Below the pieces are notes generated by a model. That model was not told the origin of the DNA. It did not search any database and saw only the letters and a program-made list of their open reading frames with translations. Shown here piece after piece: positions 1-9,598 of a stretch of DNA of 64,000 nt. A program made the position numbers and the translations under genes. Each line of letters starts with the position of its first letter. Position 1 is the first letter of the stretch. Source of the stretch: Escherichia phage ECOP18; the sequence record NC_105825.1. One strand, given 5' to 3'.

Positions 1-57
1 GAAATGGTGAAAGGTATTGATATTTCTACTTTTACCACTAGCACCGAAATCGAGTAA
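1..57 (+). CDS. 3' end of an upstream ORF (partial)
   Basis: Open frame from the window edge to TAA at 55-57, followed by a GC hairpin gtgggga/tccccac at 66-88. Confidence 0.3.
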   Translation, partial: EMVKGIDISTFTTSTEIE

Positions 58-122
58 TAATATTTAGTGGGGATTATTTCCCCACTTTACTATTCCCTTG
101 TTAATTAATAGGAGGCTAACTA

Positions 123-617
123 ATGGCTGAGGAAAAATACGGCTTCTCGCTAGGAGAAGTGAGCACGGCTAAACATGATATGATCATTTTAGTCGATTGT
201 CATACTGGCTATTGCGGAGAAGGGAACACCGAAGAATACTTTGTTCCTGCTGGTACGGATCTGGACGCTTTCGCTCATGAAATGGCTATTGATAATGCTT
301 CTCGTTTTGGTAGCGATGGCTATGAAGACGAAGAAACTGGCGAATGGTATGAAAATGAAAACGTATATGCAAGCCTTTATCATTATCAGCTAAGTAAATC
401 CGGCACATATGTAAACGGCGGCGATCCTATTAATTCCGTCATGAAATTAATTATTAAATATGGTGGCGTCGAGATAATTGATAACAAAGCGGTAATATAC
501 GCAAACCGATTAAAACAGCTTGTTTATATTCCTGATAGTACCCGATGGGATGAATACGCTGTTTTGCATGACGAATTGAAACGATGTTTCAATATTGAAT
601 CCCTGCAAGTAGTCTAA
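123..617 (+). CDS. hypothetical protein (pre-early-like)
   Basis: ORF track 164 aa; RBS aggagg 8 nt upstream of ATG. Confidence 0.6.
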   Translation: MAEEKYGFSLGEVSTAKHDMIILVDCHTGYCGEGNTEEYFVPAGTDLDAFAHEMAIDNASRFGSDGYEDEETGEWYENENVYASLYHYQLSKSGTYVNGGDPINSVMKLIIKYGGVEIIDNKAVIYANRLKQLVYIPDSTRWDEYAVLHDELKRCFNIESLQVV

Positions 618-631
618 TGTAAAGTTTTGTA

Positions 632-660
632 AAGGTCGCCTTTTATGGTGGCCTTTTTTG
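632..660 (+). terminator. putative rho-independent terminator
   Basis: Hairpin aggtcgcc/ggtggcct with G-U pairs followed by tttttt. Confidence 0.4.
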
Positions 661-722
661 TTATAATGCTTTTACACCAAAACGGTGGATTGAAAATTTT
701 CCCAAAAATTTGGAGGCTTAAA

Positions 723-953
723 ATGGTTGCTTATTCTTCTGCTAGTCATCTGTTTACCGCGCAAGGCTGGGTATCTAATCGTGCTGTCATCTATGAAATG
801 GTGCAGGAGTTCGGCATTGCTAAAACTTATAATACCATTCAGGAACTATATAACGCCGATAAAATCGATCAGCAAACGGCTGGCTTTTTACTGGATACCC
901 TGAAAGCTGAACATTGCACTAAAAAACAAGCCGCTAAAATTGTTTTAATGTAA
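723..953 (+). CDS. hypothetical protein
   Basis: ORF track frame; start moved to the ATG preceded by RBS ggagg (MVAYSS...). Confidence 0.5.
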   Translation: MVAYSSASHLFTAQGWVSNRAVIYEMVQEFGIAKTYNTIQELYNADKIDQQTAGFLLDTLKAEHCTKKQAAKIVLM

Positions 954-1002
954 TTAATAACGGGGCGTTACTTTCGCCCCGATAACTAGGAGGCTATCAC
1001 AA

Positions 1003-1152
1003 ATGGTTATTTTTCGATCTATTTTAGCGGGTATCTTGGGCGCTATTTTATCGTTATTTGCGATAGCTTTCGGCGTTCACGCTGTTATTATTGGCGCTGG
1101 CATTGCTGCGTTTTCTTATCTGCTGGGCTGCATGACTAGTAAAGGAGAATAA
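1003..1152 (+). CDS. small hydrophobic membrane peptide (49 aa)
   Basis: Hand-translated; RBS aggagg upstream; one hydrophobic Gly/Ala/Ile-rich segment; below the ORF-track size cutoff. Confidence 0.35.
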   Translation: MVIFRSILAGILGAILSLFAIAFGVHAVIIGAGIAAFSYLLGCMTSKGE

Positions 1153-1154
1153 AA

Positions 1155-1367
1155 ATGATCCGCAACGTTTCCCTTGCACGTTCGAAAGGCTTTAAGCTGG
1201 TGGATGTTAACACGTTCGAGCGGGAAGATTGTAAAATCGAATATGTAGCACGTAACAAAAATGCCTTTCGTGTTACCGAGAAAAAATTTGATAAGCGCGG
1301 CAACGTGATAGCTGAAACAGTTAAACATTTTGCCACCTTTTACGCTGCTTTTCGTGGGGTATTATGA
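1155..1367 (+). CDS. hypothetical protein
   Basis: ORF track 70 aa; RBS aaggag upstream. Confidence 0.5.
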   Translation: MIRNVSLARSKGFKLVDVNTFEREDCKIEYVARNKNAFRVTEKKFDKRGNVIAETVKHFATFYAAFRGVL

Positions 1368-1467
1368 TTCAGCAAATTAAAACGGCTTTTCGTTTTTGGG
1401 GCGTCCTGCCTTCAATTGGTTTTATTCTGATAATTATTAGTCAGCTAATGATCATCGGCGGAACTAT

Positions 1468-1827
1468 TTGGGAGCTATGCAAATGATAATTTATGAAGGC
1501 AATCGCTTTGTTGCTAATTACCGTCCGGCATTATTAGCAAACTATTTAAACCAGCTTTCCCCAGCTTATAAGGGCGTTATTAATATTTATGAGGGAAAGG
1601 CGCATTATAAAATTAATGCGGTCGTTGCCCGTGAACTAGCATTTCAATTTTTGACCTTTGCATCTTGTGACGTTCAGGTTATGGGTGAGGCATTAATCGC
1701 GGAAAATGAAGAGGATTTTATTAATATTTTCCGTAAGGTATGCACTGAGCGCTTGATAATGAAAGGCGCGTATATTCAATCAACTGCGGAAAGTATTGAA
1801 ACAGCATTTCGAAAGGTGGCGCAATGA
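1468..1827 (+). CDS. hypothetical protein
   Basis: ORF track 119 aa; true start may be ATG at 1483. Confidence 0.5.
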   Translation: MGAMQMIIYEGNRFVANYRPALLANYLNQLSPAYKGVINIYEGKAHYKINAVVARELAFQFLTFASCDVQVMGEALIAENEEDFINIFRKVCTERLIMKGAYIQSTAESIETAFRKVAQ

Positions 1828-2050
1828 GATTATATATTTTCGTTGGTAATGTTAAGGCAGCTAATGATTCCGCTGGTGGCGACAACGTTCGCCACCATTG
1901 GCAAAAATATATTTACTAGGAGTTATTATGTCTGGTTTAATGTTTACCTTATTAGTAGTTTATAGCATAATTACGGCAGGAATAGTAACTTATGTTACTA
2001 GTAAAATTTGGCCGGGAATATATGGTAATTTTTAATAACGGAGCGTTATT

Positions 2051-2254
2051 ATGAGCAATAAAATTATTGTAACCAAAATCAGTACAATGGTTGATGTTTT
2101 TTACGTGCCAGATACGCCGGAGAATCGGCAAGCGGTCGAGCGGGGCGAATATGATAAAGTGATTTATGATCACGATGGTTATTATCAGTATTTGGTGGAT
2201 TCCTACGGGGAGGAGGAGAAGATCACGCATCGACTACCGGAGGAGGGTTTATGA
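2051..2254 (+). CDS. hypothetical protein
   Basis: ORF track 67 aa; RBS ggagcg upstream. Confidence 0.45.
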   Translation: MSNKIIVTKISTMVDVFYVPDTPENRQAVERGEYDKVIYDHDGYYQYLVDSYGEEEKITHRLPEEGL

Positions 2255-2404
2255 AACGATGGTTTAATCACTGGTACAAGCGGTTTTTAGTACGCCGTCG
2301 CAAGTCTAGGCATCAAGATGAGTGGCGGGAGTGGGCAAAGCGTAACGGTTGCCCGCTACTATAATAATCACGGGGCGCAACTATCGGGAAGTGCCCCCAA
2401 TTCT

Positions 2405-2427
2405 CAAATGAGAATGATTCTCATTTG
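2405..2427. repeat. perfect 23-bp palindrome caaatgagaatgattctcatttg
   Basis: Read directly; related aaatgagaatcattctcatt palindromes recur at 2790-2920. Confidence 0.7.
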
Positions 2428-2648
2428 ACCGCGCCCGCGATGGTTAGCCTGCTAATGATTAGGGTGTTACGTGTCGCCTTGTGTGATCGTTAGCGAGCTA
2501 ACTAATTTTCAAGCCTCCTCCAATTTTGCCCTTGTTTTAGTATCTCCACCAAAATTAAACGCGTTAGAATGCGATCTAGGACGTTTTAACGCTATATTAG
2601 AATTATTCACTGCGTAGGAATACTGTATATTTATACAGTAGGATAAGC

Positions 2649-2657
2649 TGTGGATAA
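2649..2657 (+). promoter_or_regulatory. DnaA-box-like 9-mer TGTGGATAA
   Basis: Reverse complement of the TTATCCACA consensus; lies next to a ctgttaataa motif. Confidence 0.45.
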
Positions 2658-2721
2658 GTCTGTTAATAACACCCCAAAATGGCTAGGATTCTGTCAAGTC
2701 AAATCGTGCTGTTAATAAGTC

Positions 2722-2730
2722 TGTGGATAA
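2722..2730 (+). promoter_or_regulatory. DnaA-box-like 9-mer TGTGGATAA (second copy)
   Basis: Same 9-mer, again next to ctgttaataa. Confidence 0.45.
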
Positions 2731-2789
2731 CTTAAATAATAGTGTTTCTCACTTCCGTTCTTAAATACGAATCACTATCATTTGCGTTC

Positions 2790-2958
2790 CACTTTCTAAA
2801 TGAGAATCATTCTGCTTTTTAAAGGAGAATCGTTTCACTTCCTGAATAATTCTCACTTCCATTCTTAAATGCGAATTATTATCATTCTCATTCCGCTTTT
2901 TAAATGAGAATCATTCTCATTATCATTCGCATTCAGGCGAGCAGGGCAATTGCCCTGC
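2790..2958. repeat. cluster of inverted repeats (aaatgagaatcattctcatt and gcagggcaattgccctgc)
   Basis: Read directly; non-coding. Confidence 0.6.
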
Positions 2959-2963
2959 GCTTT

Positions 2964-3633
2964 TGTGCAAATCCGACATTGCTCCACGGGTGTTACGTGC
3001 GGGCGTGTATGTGCGAATCCGACAATTTTTGGTAGTGTGCAAATCCGACCCGAAAAATTTTTATAGTGTGCAAATCCGACAATGAATTTTCCTAAAAACT
3101 CCAGCAATCACGAACTGCGTTCGAATCCTGTGGGGTATGTGCAAATCCGACACGGTTTTTCTAGGATTAAGATGTGCGAATCCGACAAGATTTTTGTGAC
3201 TTCGATTGGAGGGTGTGTGATTGTGTGAGTTTGGGGAGAAGTTGAGAGAGCGAGAAAAATTTGAGGGAACTGCGGGAGGGGCGCATGTTTGGTGCGGAGC
3301 ACCTGATTTGCGGGGATTTTGGGGAAGAGTTGAGAAGATTTGGGTTAATTTGAGATTAGTGCAGAAAAAGTAAAATTTTATTAGCTAAATGGAGCAAAAT
3401 AGCTTGACAAGTGAAAATTCTTGTGGCTCTAAAAACTCAGGCAATCATGGGCCTTCGGCCCGAAATAATGCTGCCATTTTCAGGAGATTATGTGTCCATG
3501 AAAACTCAGGCAATCATGGGCCTTCGGCCCGAAATAATGCTGCCATTTTCAGGAGATTATGTGTCCATGAAAACTTAGGCAATTGTGCAAATCCGACCAG
3601 TTTTTAAACTTATGTCAGTGTGCAAATCCGACA
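2964..3633 (+). repeat. iteron-like array, 8 direct copies of TGTGC(A/G)AATCCGAC(A/C)
   Basis: Copies start near 2964, 3010, 3036, 3067, 3138, 3173, 3584 and 3619, each followed by a T-rich spacer; no coding frame. Confidence 0.7.
3432..3587 (+). repeat. 69-bp tandem direct repeat, 2 full copies plus a degenerate third
   Basis: aaaactcaggcaatcatgggccttcggcccgaaataatgctgccattttcaggagattatgtgtccatg repeated exactly at 3432-3500 and 3501-3569; contains hairpin gggcc-ttcg-ggccc. Confidence 0.8.
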
Positions 3634-4077
3634 GTAATTTCTGGAAATGTGTTTTGGAAAAATGCCCTCTAGAAATAACCGCCCTCCCAATAACCGCCCT
3701 GTATTAAACCGCCTAGTATATGTTCCTAGAAACTTAGGAGAACCGCCCTAGAAAGAGGGAGTATTTCGTGAGAACTCTGGAGTTTCTAGGAAAGTGTTGT
3801 GCCATCCTAGCAGAAGAGCGGCAACCGGTGTATCATCTTGAACACAAATATTGCCTTTAAATATTTTTAGTTATTTAAAAGTAAATATACCCCCATTTCA
3901 TGTGAGATTCCTCGTGGGGCGCGTGAGTATTACGGAAGAACTCTAATATTGGCCCGCGCTAAGACTAGCCGCTATAGCACAGACGCAAATAGAGTTGTAA
4001 TAATCATCGCCCCTAGAGTTCACAATAAGAGTTATTGTTAATCTATGAGATTATTATAACATACATTTTTAATAACG

Positions 4078-4833
4078 TCAAGAAGATTTTACTAATGTTT
4101 TTGGATTCTTCTTGGCTTTGAGATATATCCCTTTAGATGCTAGATAGATATATGTTGCTAGAAATGAAGATTCTGATCCCGATTCCTCATAGGTTAACGT
4201 ACCTCTAGGGTATTTATTTGTTTTAGGAGCATAGTTAAGCACAGCCGCAGTTAATGACCCTAATCCTAGAACATCTGCAAGACGTCTAAAGGTATTCTCT
4301 TCATCATGGATAGCATAAAGAATGTTATCTTCAATATCCGTTAATGGAATTTTACGGGTATGAGATACTGCAATCCGTGCTATCATAGCTCCAATTGTTT
4401 TATTAATATCCTCGAAAGAAACACTCTCCATATATTTTAGAGGGGGAAGATGGTCATATTTACATTTCTTAGGTGGAATAAGAAGTTGTTCAGGATAAGC
4501 CTCTAGTGCCTGACGAACGTTTGCTTCTGGATATGTTGGTAAAGGTTCATCTATAATAACATGTAAGAAATTAGCTCTGTGCCCCTTAGCAGTTGGATCT
4601 AAAGACTTCAATATTTTGTTCATATCCACGTATGAATACGCTAGATCTGCTTGAGGAGCATTAATATCAAACTTAATCTTCTTACCTTCCCATTTAGCAG
4701 GGAACATCTCACAAACAAACATTACTGCATGTTTAACATCTGGCTCTAGCTCTGATAGACATTTGTGATCTGCTGTTACTGCTAAAGCGAGTATATTCTT
4801 AAATTTATTAGCTTCTTCAATCATATATCCCAT
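4078..4833 (-). CDS. hypothetical protein
   Basis: ORF track 251 aa; first gene of the minus-strand block. Confidence 0.55.
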   Translation of the reverse strand: MGYMIEEANKFKNILALAVTADHKCLSELEPDVKHAVMFVCEMFPAKWEGKKIKFDINAPQADLAYSYVDMNKILKSLDPTAKGHRANFLHVIIDEPLPTYPEANVRQALEAYPEQLLIPPKKCKYDHLPPLKYMESVSFEDINKTIGAMIARIAVSHTRKIPLTDIEDNILYAIHDEENTFRRLADVLGLGSLTAAVLNYAPKTNKYPRGTLTYEESGSESSFLATYIYLASKGIYLKAKKNPKTLVKSS

Positions 4834-5162
4834 GCCTGCTGACTATTATCACTAACTTGTGTCTTTTTCTTTCTTTGTGGTTTAAAAGCTCCTTTAGTAT
4901 TGCTTCTATTAGGCTCTAATTTATACCACAGCATTCCTAGCTGGTTAACCATATGAGCAACATTTCTAGGAGTCAATGGTGGTAGAAATTCGCAGTTTGA
5001 TATTTCCACTAATATATTAAGTAACTCTGTCTCTTTAGCTTTACTGTTTACTACCACCACGTATTCTAATGTTTCTACCTCGGAATCCTCGTCTTTATAG
5101 TAGAGGCTAAGAGTAATTAAATTGTCACCAGCAGGAGTTATTTTTGTTTTACCAAATATCAT
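4821..5162 (-). CDS. hypothetical protein
   Basis: ORF track 113 aa; tightly packed with neighbours. Confidence 0.5.
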   Translation of the reverse strand: MIFGKTKITPAGDNLITLSLYYKDEDSEVETLEYVVVVNSKAKETELLNILVEISNCEFLPPLTPRNVAHMVNQLGMLWYKLEPNRSNTKGAFKPQRKKKTQVSDNSQQAWDI

Positions 5163-5755
5163 TAATTACCTCTCTTATCTTCATTAATAGCAGCTCCCAA
5201 CGCCTCCATAATAGCATCCTCTAAACTTCCATGTTTACCAGGATTATTAAAATGAATAGTACAAACAGAACTCCTAGAAACTCCAGCATCCACAGGTGCT
5301 ACGCTTCGCATATCAGATTCAAAAGCTTCTTGAGTATGTTTCAACTGCACAGAAGGGCCGTAATCTTCACCAACTCGATAAGATTGATTAGACGACAGCG
5401 TACCACCGCATGGAACATTGTGTAAATCCGATGATTTATTTAACAGTGCAATACCGCCTTTTGACCACGGGTCACTAACAGTGGTACTGGGACGATTTAC
5501 CTCAGTCTTCACGAGTTTATAACCAGCGTCTATTAGTGCATTAATCAGGTTATCAGCTGGGATGCGAGCCGTGCCAAAAATCTTACGAGCATCTTCAAGC
5601 TTACCTTCAAAATCTTTACACGCTCTAAGGTCGGTGTGTGCAAATGTTAGCTTCATAGATTTGAATTGTACAGTAGCAGTTAAATCTTTAAAGCTATAAT
5701 CCCATGTGTTCAGTTCATGGTCTAGTACTAATTGAATAGGTTGTTGTGTAAACAT
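5162..5755 (-). CDS. hypothetical protein
   Basis: ORF track 197 aa. Confidence 0.55.
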   Translation of the reverse strand: MFTQQPIQLVLDHELNTWDYSFKDLTATVQFKSMKLTFAHTDLRACKDFEGKLEDARKIFGTARIPADNLINALIDAGYKLVKTEVNRPSTTVSDPWSKGGIALLNKSSDLHNVPCGGTLSSNQSYRVGEDYGPSVQLKHTQEAFESDMRSVAPVDAGVSRSSVCTIHFNNPGKHGSLEDAIMEALGAAINEDKRGN

Positions 5756-5940
5756 TATTTATTCTCCAGTTTGTCTAACAGTTTATGGGCTGCTAGATTA
5801 TATTGTTTGAGTTCACGATTAAGGATTTGGTTCTCACACTTTAGCTCTAGATTCTTGTTGTTAAGAATGTTGCAGATTAGTAGAAGTGCTAGTATTAGTA
5901 ACAGAGAACCTACGAGCATTAAAAGAAAAAGAGTTTCCAT
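5755..5940 (-). CDS. small membrane protein
   Basis: 61 aa, one hydrophobic helix followed by a coiled-coil-like tail. Confidence 0.45.
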   Translation of the reverse strand: METLFLLMLVGSLLLILALLLICNILNNKNLELKCENQILNRELKQYNLAAHKLLDKLENK

Positions 5941-6173
5941 TATTTAATTCCCATGTAACGTTTGAGATATATGATGAAGTCTTCTGCTGTATGCTCTACG
6001 CTACCTTGAGCTACGAATAGCTTGAGAGCTTCACGTTGTAACTTAAGAGCAGCCAACTCACCCCGTAATTTTACCAGATCTTCTGCTAGTTCTCTAGCTC
6101 TACGCATAATAGCAAAAGATACAAGTACTACGATGAATAACATAACTACTAAAATAATTGCTATGATTTCCAT
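5940..6173 (-). CDS. small membrane protein
   Basis: 77 aa, N-terminal hydrophobic helix. Confidence 0.45.
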   Translation of the reverse strand: MEIIAIILVVMLFIVVLVSFAIMRRARELAEDLVKLRGELAALKLQREALKLFVAQGSVEHTAEDFIIYLKRYMGIK

Positions 6174-6451
6174 ATTAACATCCAGCTTTTATCACACATT
6201 TGGGCATGATCTATCAGTTCATTCATTGATGTGTTGTTATCATAAATGCACTCTAGTATATACTTTCTGTCAAATTCGTCAACCAAATATTCTACATTAT
6301 TTATTACTACTTTATACAGATCTGGGACTAGAGAGCATGTATTTGGTACGGGGCGACTGCTTAAGTCTATTTCATTATAGCCCCATGTTGTTTTAAATAG
6401 TTTGTTACTAAGTGCTGCTAATGGATTTGACCATATAATATAGCTACTCAC
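6161..6451 (-). CDS. hypothetical protein
   Basis: ORF track 96 aa. Confidence 0.45.
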   Translation of the reverse strand: MSSYIIWSNPLAALSNKLFKTTWGYNEIDLSSRPVPNTCSLVPDLYKVVINNVEYLVDEFDRKYILECIYDNNTSMNELIDHAQMCDKSWMLIWKS

Positions 6452-6890
6452 TATTTATCTCCATTCTTAACTTTGAAAACTTATTATACCAAACTATATG
6501 ATTATCGTCAATTACAAATTTATGATAACATGCTGGTACGGTATAAGTTCCATAATCCGTGACACGCTGCACAACCTTGTGTGCACACAGTCGACAACCG
6601 TGCCCTTCTAAATGAGATCTAGCCGTTTGCCAGTAATAACCATCATGATCCGGACAATAGATCTCGACTTGCTGTTGCATTGTTTTATAATTTACACGCT
6701 CATACCCAAAGAAAGCTCCATGAGCTGCAACAGCTTTCTTGATAAATATAAGGTTTAGTGCTTCTTGCTGAAAGTCGGGATGTAGCTGCTTAATCTTATT
6801 TCTATTAATAGATCCATCAGATTTGATAAACCTATTTATTGGGAAGTTGTTAGCTTCCTCGATTAATAATTCATTTACTTTTTCTCTCAT
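6444..6890 (-). CDS. hypothetical Cys/His-rich protein
   Basis: ORF track frame; start moved to internal Met (MREKV) to avoid overlap with the upstream gene; CPDHDGYYW...HGCRLCAH segment. Confidence 0.4.
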   Translation of the reverse strand: MREKVNELLIEEANNFPINRFIKSDGSINRNKIKQLHPDFQQEALNLIFIKKAVAAHGAFFGYERVNYKTMQQQVEIYCPDHDGYYWQTARSHLEGHGCRLCAHKVVQRVTDYGTYTVPACYHKFVIDDNHIVWYNKFSKLRMEINSE

Positions 6891-6891
6891 A

Positions 6892-7116
6892 TTAGATATT
6901 CTCACAGCTAAGGTAGAAGCATTCGTAAGCATCACCAGTAAACTCTTTATCTTGTAGTATACACTTAGCCTGGTCTTGTGGTACTCCGGCATCTAATAAT
7001 TGTTGTTTACTTGGCTTTTCAGCGAATACTTTTACAAAATATTCGCCATCCTGATTATACTCATTTATATCTCTAGTAAGGACATATACTTGCATTTGAA
7101 GTTCCTTGAAACACAA
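6892..7116 (-). CDS. hypothetical protein
   Basis: ORF track 74 aa. Confidence 0.45.
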   Translation of the reverse strand: MCFKELQMQVYVLTRDINEYNQDGEYFVKVFAEKPSKQQLLDAGVPQDQAKCILQDKEFTGDAYECFYLSCENI

Positions 7117-7120
7117 AAGG

Positions 7121-7150
7121 CCAGAACAATTAAGTCCTGGCCTCTAGAAT
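7121..7150 (-). terminator. putative rho-independent terminator
   Basis: Hairpin ggccag/ctggcc followed by a U-rich run on the minus-strand transcript. Confidence 0.45.
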
Positions 7151-7521
7151 TAATGAAGTTGTTTACCACTTCTTAAAATAGTGGCCGTTTCCATAAGATT
7201 TAACGTTGTATCACGCTTTTTGATTTGTTTGTCCAGTTCATCGGTACGTTTGCCAATGTAAGCGTTAATAGCCATATTCATAGCTGAGGCAAGATCTTCT
7301 TTGGTTATCTCTTCATTATCTAAAGCTAATTTAGCTAAAGAATCGAAAGTACTAGAAAGGCCTATAAGATCTGAGGTTTCACTGGCCAAAATAGGGTTAA
7401 TATTATCTATTGTTACTTCTAACATAGAGTTAACAATATCTTCTCCGTCTACTAGACCAGATTCAATATTACTCTCCCATTCCTTCATCTGCTCCAGCAA
7501 GGGATTTTTCTTTTCTGTCAT
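7150..7521 (-). CDS. hypothetical protein
   Basis: ORF track frame; start uncertain (internal Met chosen). Confidence 0.4.
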   Translation of the reverse strand: MTEKKNPLLEQMKEWESNIESGLVDGEDIVNSMLEVTIDNINPILASETSDLIGLSSTFDSLAKLALDNEEITKEDLASAMNMAINAYIGKRTDELDKQIKKRDTTLNLMETATILRSGKQLH

Positions 7522-7930
7522 GGTAGAGATTTCCTGTGTCAGTTGGTAAGAAGGATGATTGCGTTTTAGGTGGATGTTGTTTAGCAATCCAGTTAAGAAT
7601 CAGCACACGACTAGGAACAATATCAGTGTTGTACCAGAAATCGTGAACCCATTGACGAGCATCCTCAAACTTACCAAATTTATACGCTTTCTTAAACAAT
7701 TCAAACCCAAAACAATCTGGTGTAAAGTCTACTTCACGATACTGAATTACTTTAGAACCAGTTAGGTCTTGGATCGCTGCATTAATTTCTGTATGCGAGA
7801 ATTTTGTTTCGTGAAACTTGTTAAAGAATCGGTAGTTGAAGCGTCCGTTCGTTTCGACAAACAACTGGATGAAGAGATCGTTAAATTGGTTATCAAACCA
7901 GTAATTCTGTAGTTGTTGTAGTGCTGTCAT
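7469..7930 (-). CDS. hypothetical protein
   Basis: ORF track 153 aa. Confidence 0.5.
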   Translation of the reverse strand: MTALQQLQNYWFDNQFNDLFIQLFVETNGRFNYRFFNKFHETKFSHTEINAAIQDLTGSKVIQYREVDFTPDCFGFELFKKAYKFGKFEDARQWVHDFWYNTDIVPSRVLILNWIAKQHPPKTQSSFLPTDTGNLYHDRKEKSLAGADEGMGE

Positions 7931-8127
7931 TTACGAACTCCGTTAATCGCCATAATGATGCCTTCGTACATAAAAGGAAGTAACCCAGAAGTATAGAATA
8001 TATTTTCCGTTATTCCTAAATGTCTAAAAAGTATATTAAATAATGCTGTTAGAAACACAACCTGAGGCAGTAGTACAAAATACTCAGTTACGATCTTTGG
8101 TGCCTGATAAACAAGACGTTTTATCAT
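7927..8127 (-). CDS. small membrane protein
   Basis: 66 aa, hydrophobic. Confidence 0.4.
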   Translation of the reverse strand: MIKRLVYQAPKIVTEYFVLLPQVVFLTALFNILFRHLGITENIFYTSGLLPFMYEGIIMAINGVRK

Positions 8128-8226
8128 TGTTTTTAAGTCTCCTTATTACTTTGGCCTGCTCCACAATAATGAAAACTGCGAGCACTAATAGTGCTATTAG
8201 CCCCGCAGTAACTGGTACTAAATCAA

Positions 8227-8553
8227 TCATGGGAGACGCCATACGTAATTAGCTGTCTGTAGGATCTTAGGTGTGTCATTATGATACATTACTACAGACT
8301 TTGGTGAGTAGCTATCAGCTAGTTCTTTACGAATCATTTCACACTCTTCACCAGTATCAATATTTTTAACTATCACTTTCATATTAAGTGGTGTTAATAC
8401 AGAAAGTGGTTTCCAAGAGTCCTCAATTTCAATTCCTACCTTTTTCTCAATTATCCTGATAACTTCTAATGTATCATCCGGAATACTTATATTATTATTC
8501 ACAAACTGTAATATCTCATGTAAGGTATTTAATTCATTAAAATTAAGCTTCAT
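8227..8553 (-). CDS. hypothetical protein
   Basis: ORF track 108 aa. Confidence 0.5.
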   Translation of the reverse strand: MKLNFNELNTLHEILQFVNNNISIPDDTLEVIRIIEKKVGIEIEDSWKPLSVLTPLNMKVIVKNIDTGEECEMIRKELADSYSPKSVVMYHNDTPKILQTANYVWRLP

Positions 8554-8788
8554 CTTTAAGAATGTCCTCTACCATATCACAAGACTGTTGCAATTCATCA
8601 GCAATACGTTTAATATCGGTTTTTGTTACTTTACCAACTAACATCACCAGTAGCATAGAAAAGATAATAAGTGGAACTGGAATAACAAATAAAGCTACCT
8701 TAACAACATTCTTTGGTGCCCATGTGTGGTACTTGGTAACCAGTACACCAACCACAATCAAATAAAACGCTAGAATAAACATTATCAT
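8543..8788 (-). CDS. membrane protein
   Basis: 81 aa, two hydrophobic helices. Confidence 0.45.
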   Translation of the reverse strand: MIMFILAFYLIVVGVLVTKYHTWAPKNVVKVALFVIPVPLIIFSMLLVMLVGKVTKTDIKRIADELQQSCDMVEDILKDEA

Positions 8789-9066
8789 TTTTTAATCTCC
8801 GTAATTATCTGAGCACGCATCACTTTATTAGGTAATTTTGTATTCCCAGCTATTGCTTCAATATTGTTTAGTTTTTCTTTTAGAATATCTGAGCGTCTCT
8901 GTGCTAGTTCAATATCTTGTTCTTGCTCTAGCAAACGGTGGTGTAGTCCATCATTAGTAATAAGCATACTTTCCATGTTTTTTCGTGCGTTTACAACGCC
9001 AATAATTCCACCAATCGCTACTAGCGTAGTAAGAACCAGTAACCCAATAAGAATTTCTGTAATCAT
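8785..9066 (-). CDS. membrane protein with coiled-coil tail
   Basis: 93 aa, N-terminal TM helix. Confidence 0.45.
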   Translation of the reverse strand: MITEILIGLLVLTTLVAIGGIIGVVNARKNMESMLITNDGLHHRLLEQEQDIELAQRRSDILKEKLNNIEAIAGNTKLPNKVMRAQIITEIKK

Positions 9067-9184
9067 TTATTTAATTCCTCTAAAGTAGGTAAGGGTTTTG
9101 TATGATCAAAAGTTTCTATAACAGCGTTAGACCCATGTAGTTCTAAACGTAGTTCATTAGCTCTTTGAACTGCCAACTCTAAAT

Positions 9185-9598
9185 CTAAATACCTAAAGTA
9201 GCCTCCGTGTATTGTAATACTTTCGGCGCTTCTGACCTGGACTCTCCATTGTTGTCGATCTTTTTCCAGGTAACTCCTAAGTACCCCGAATTAGATTGAG
9301 CGATTTTGCTGCGATTATTTTCTTGGGACGTACAATCTTTTAAATTACACCATCTATTATCGTTTCTTATATTATTTAAGTGGTGTACTAGATTTGGAAT
9401 ATATCCCTCCATGTACAAAAAGGCTAATCTATGGGCTGCATATCTTTTTCTACTTATCCCAATAAATATATAGCCATCCTTATCAGGACTACCGGCAATA
9501 CTACCTGCTTTACCCCGCCCTCTACTGACTTTCCTTATAAACACGCCCGTTTCCGGGTGGTATTCAAATAGCTCTTTTAATTTTTCTTGTGTTAGCAT
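9185..9598 (-). mobile_element. HNH homing endonuclease (free-standing)
   Basis: 137 aa; AHRLAF...HHLNNIRNDNRWCNL resembles the HNH His-Asn-His signature. Confidence 0.6.

Noticed and set aside
3389-3607. 72-aa plus-strand ORF
   Set aside because: Its sequence is generated by the 69-bp tandem repeat (the protein itself is internally duplicated); no RBS; lies inside the non-coding repeat region.
2964-3633. Possible CRISPR array
   Set aside because: Repeats are only 15 bp, spacing is very irregular (about 25 to 430 bp), there are no cas genes, and the context is a phage control region.
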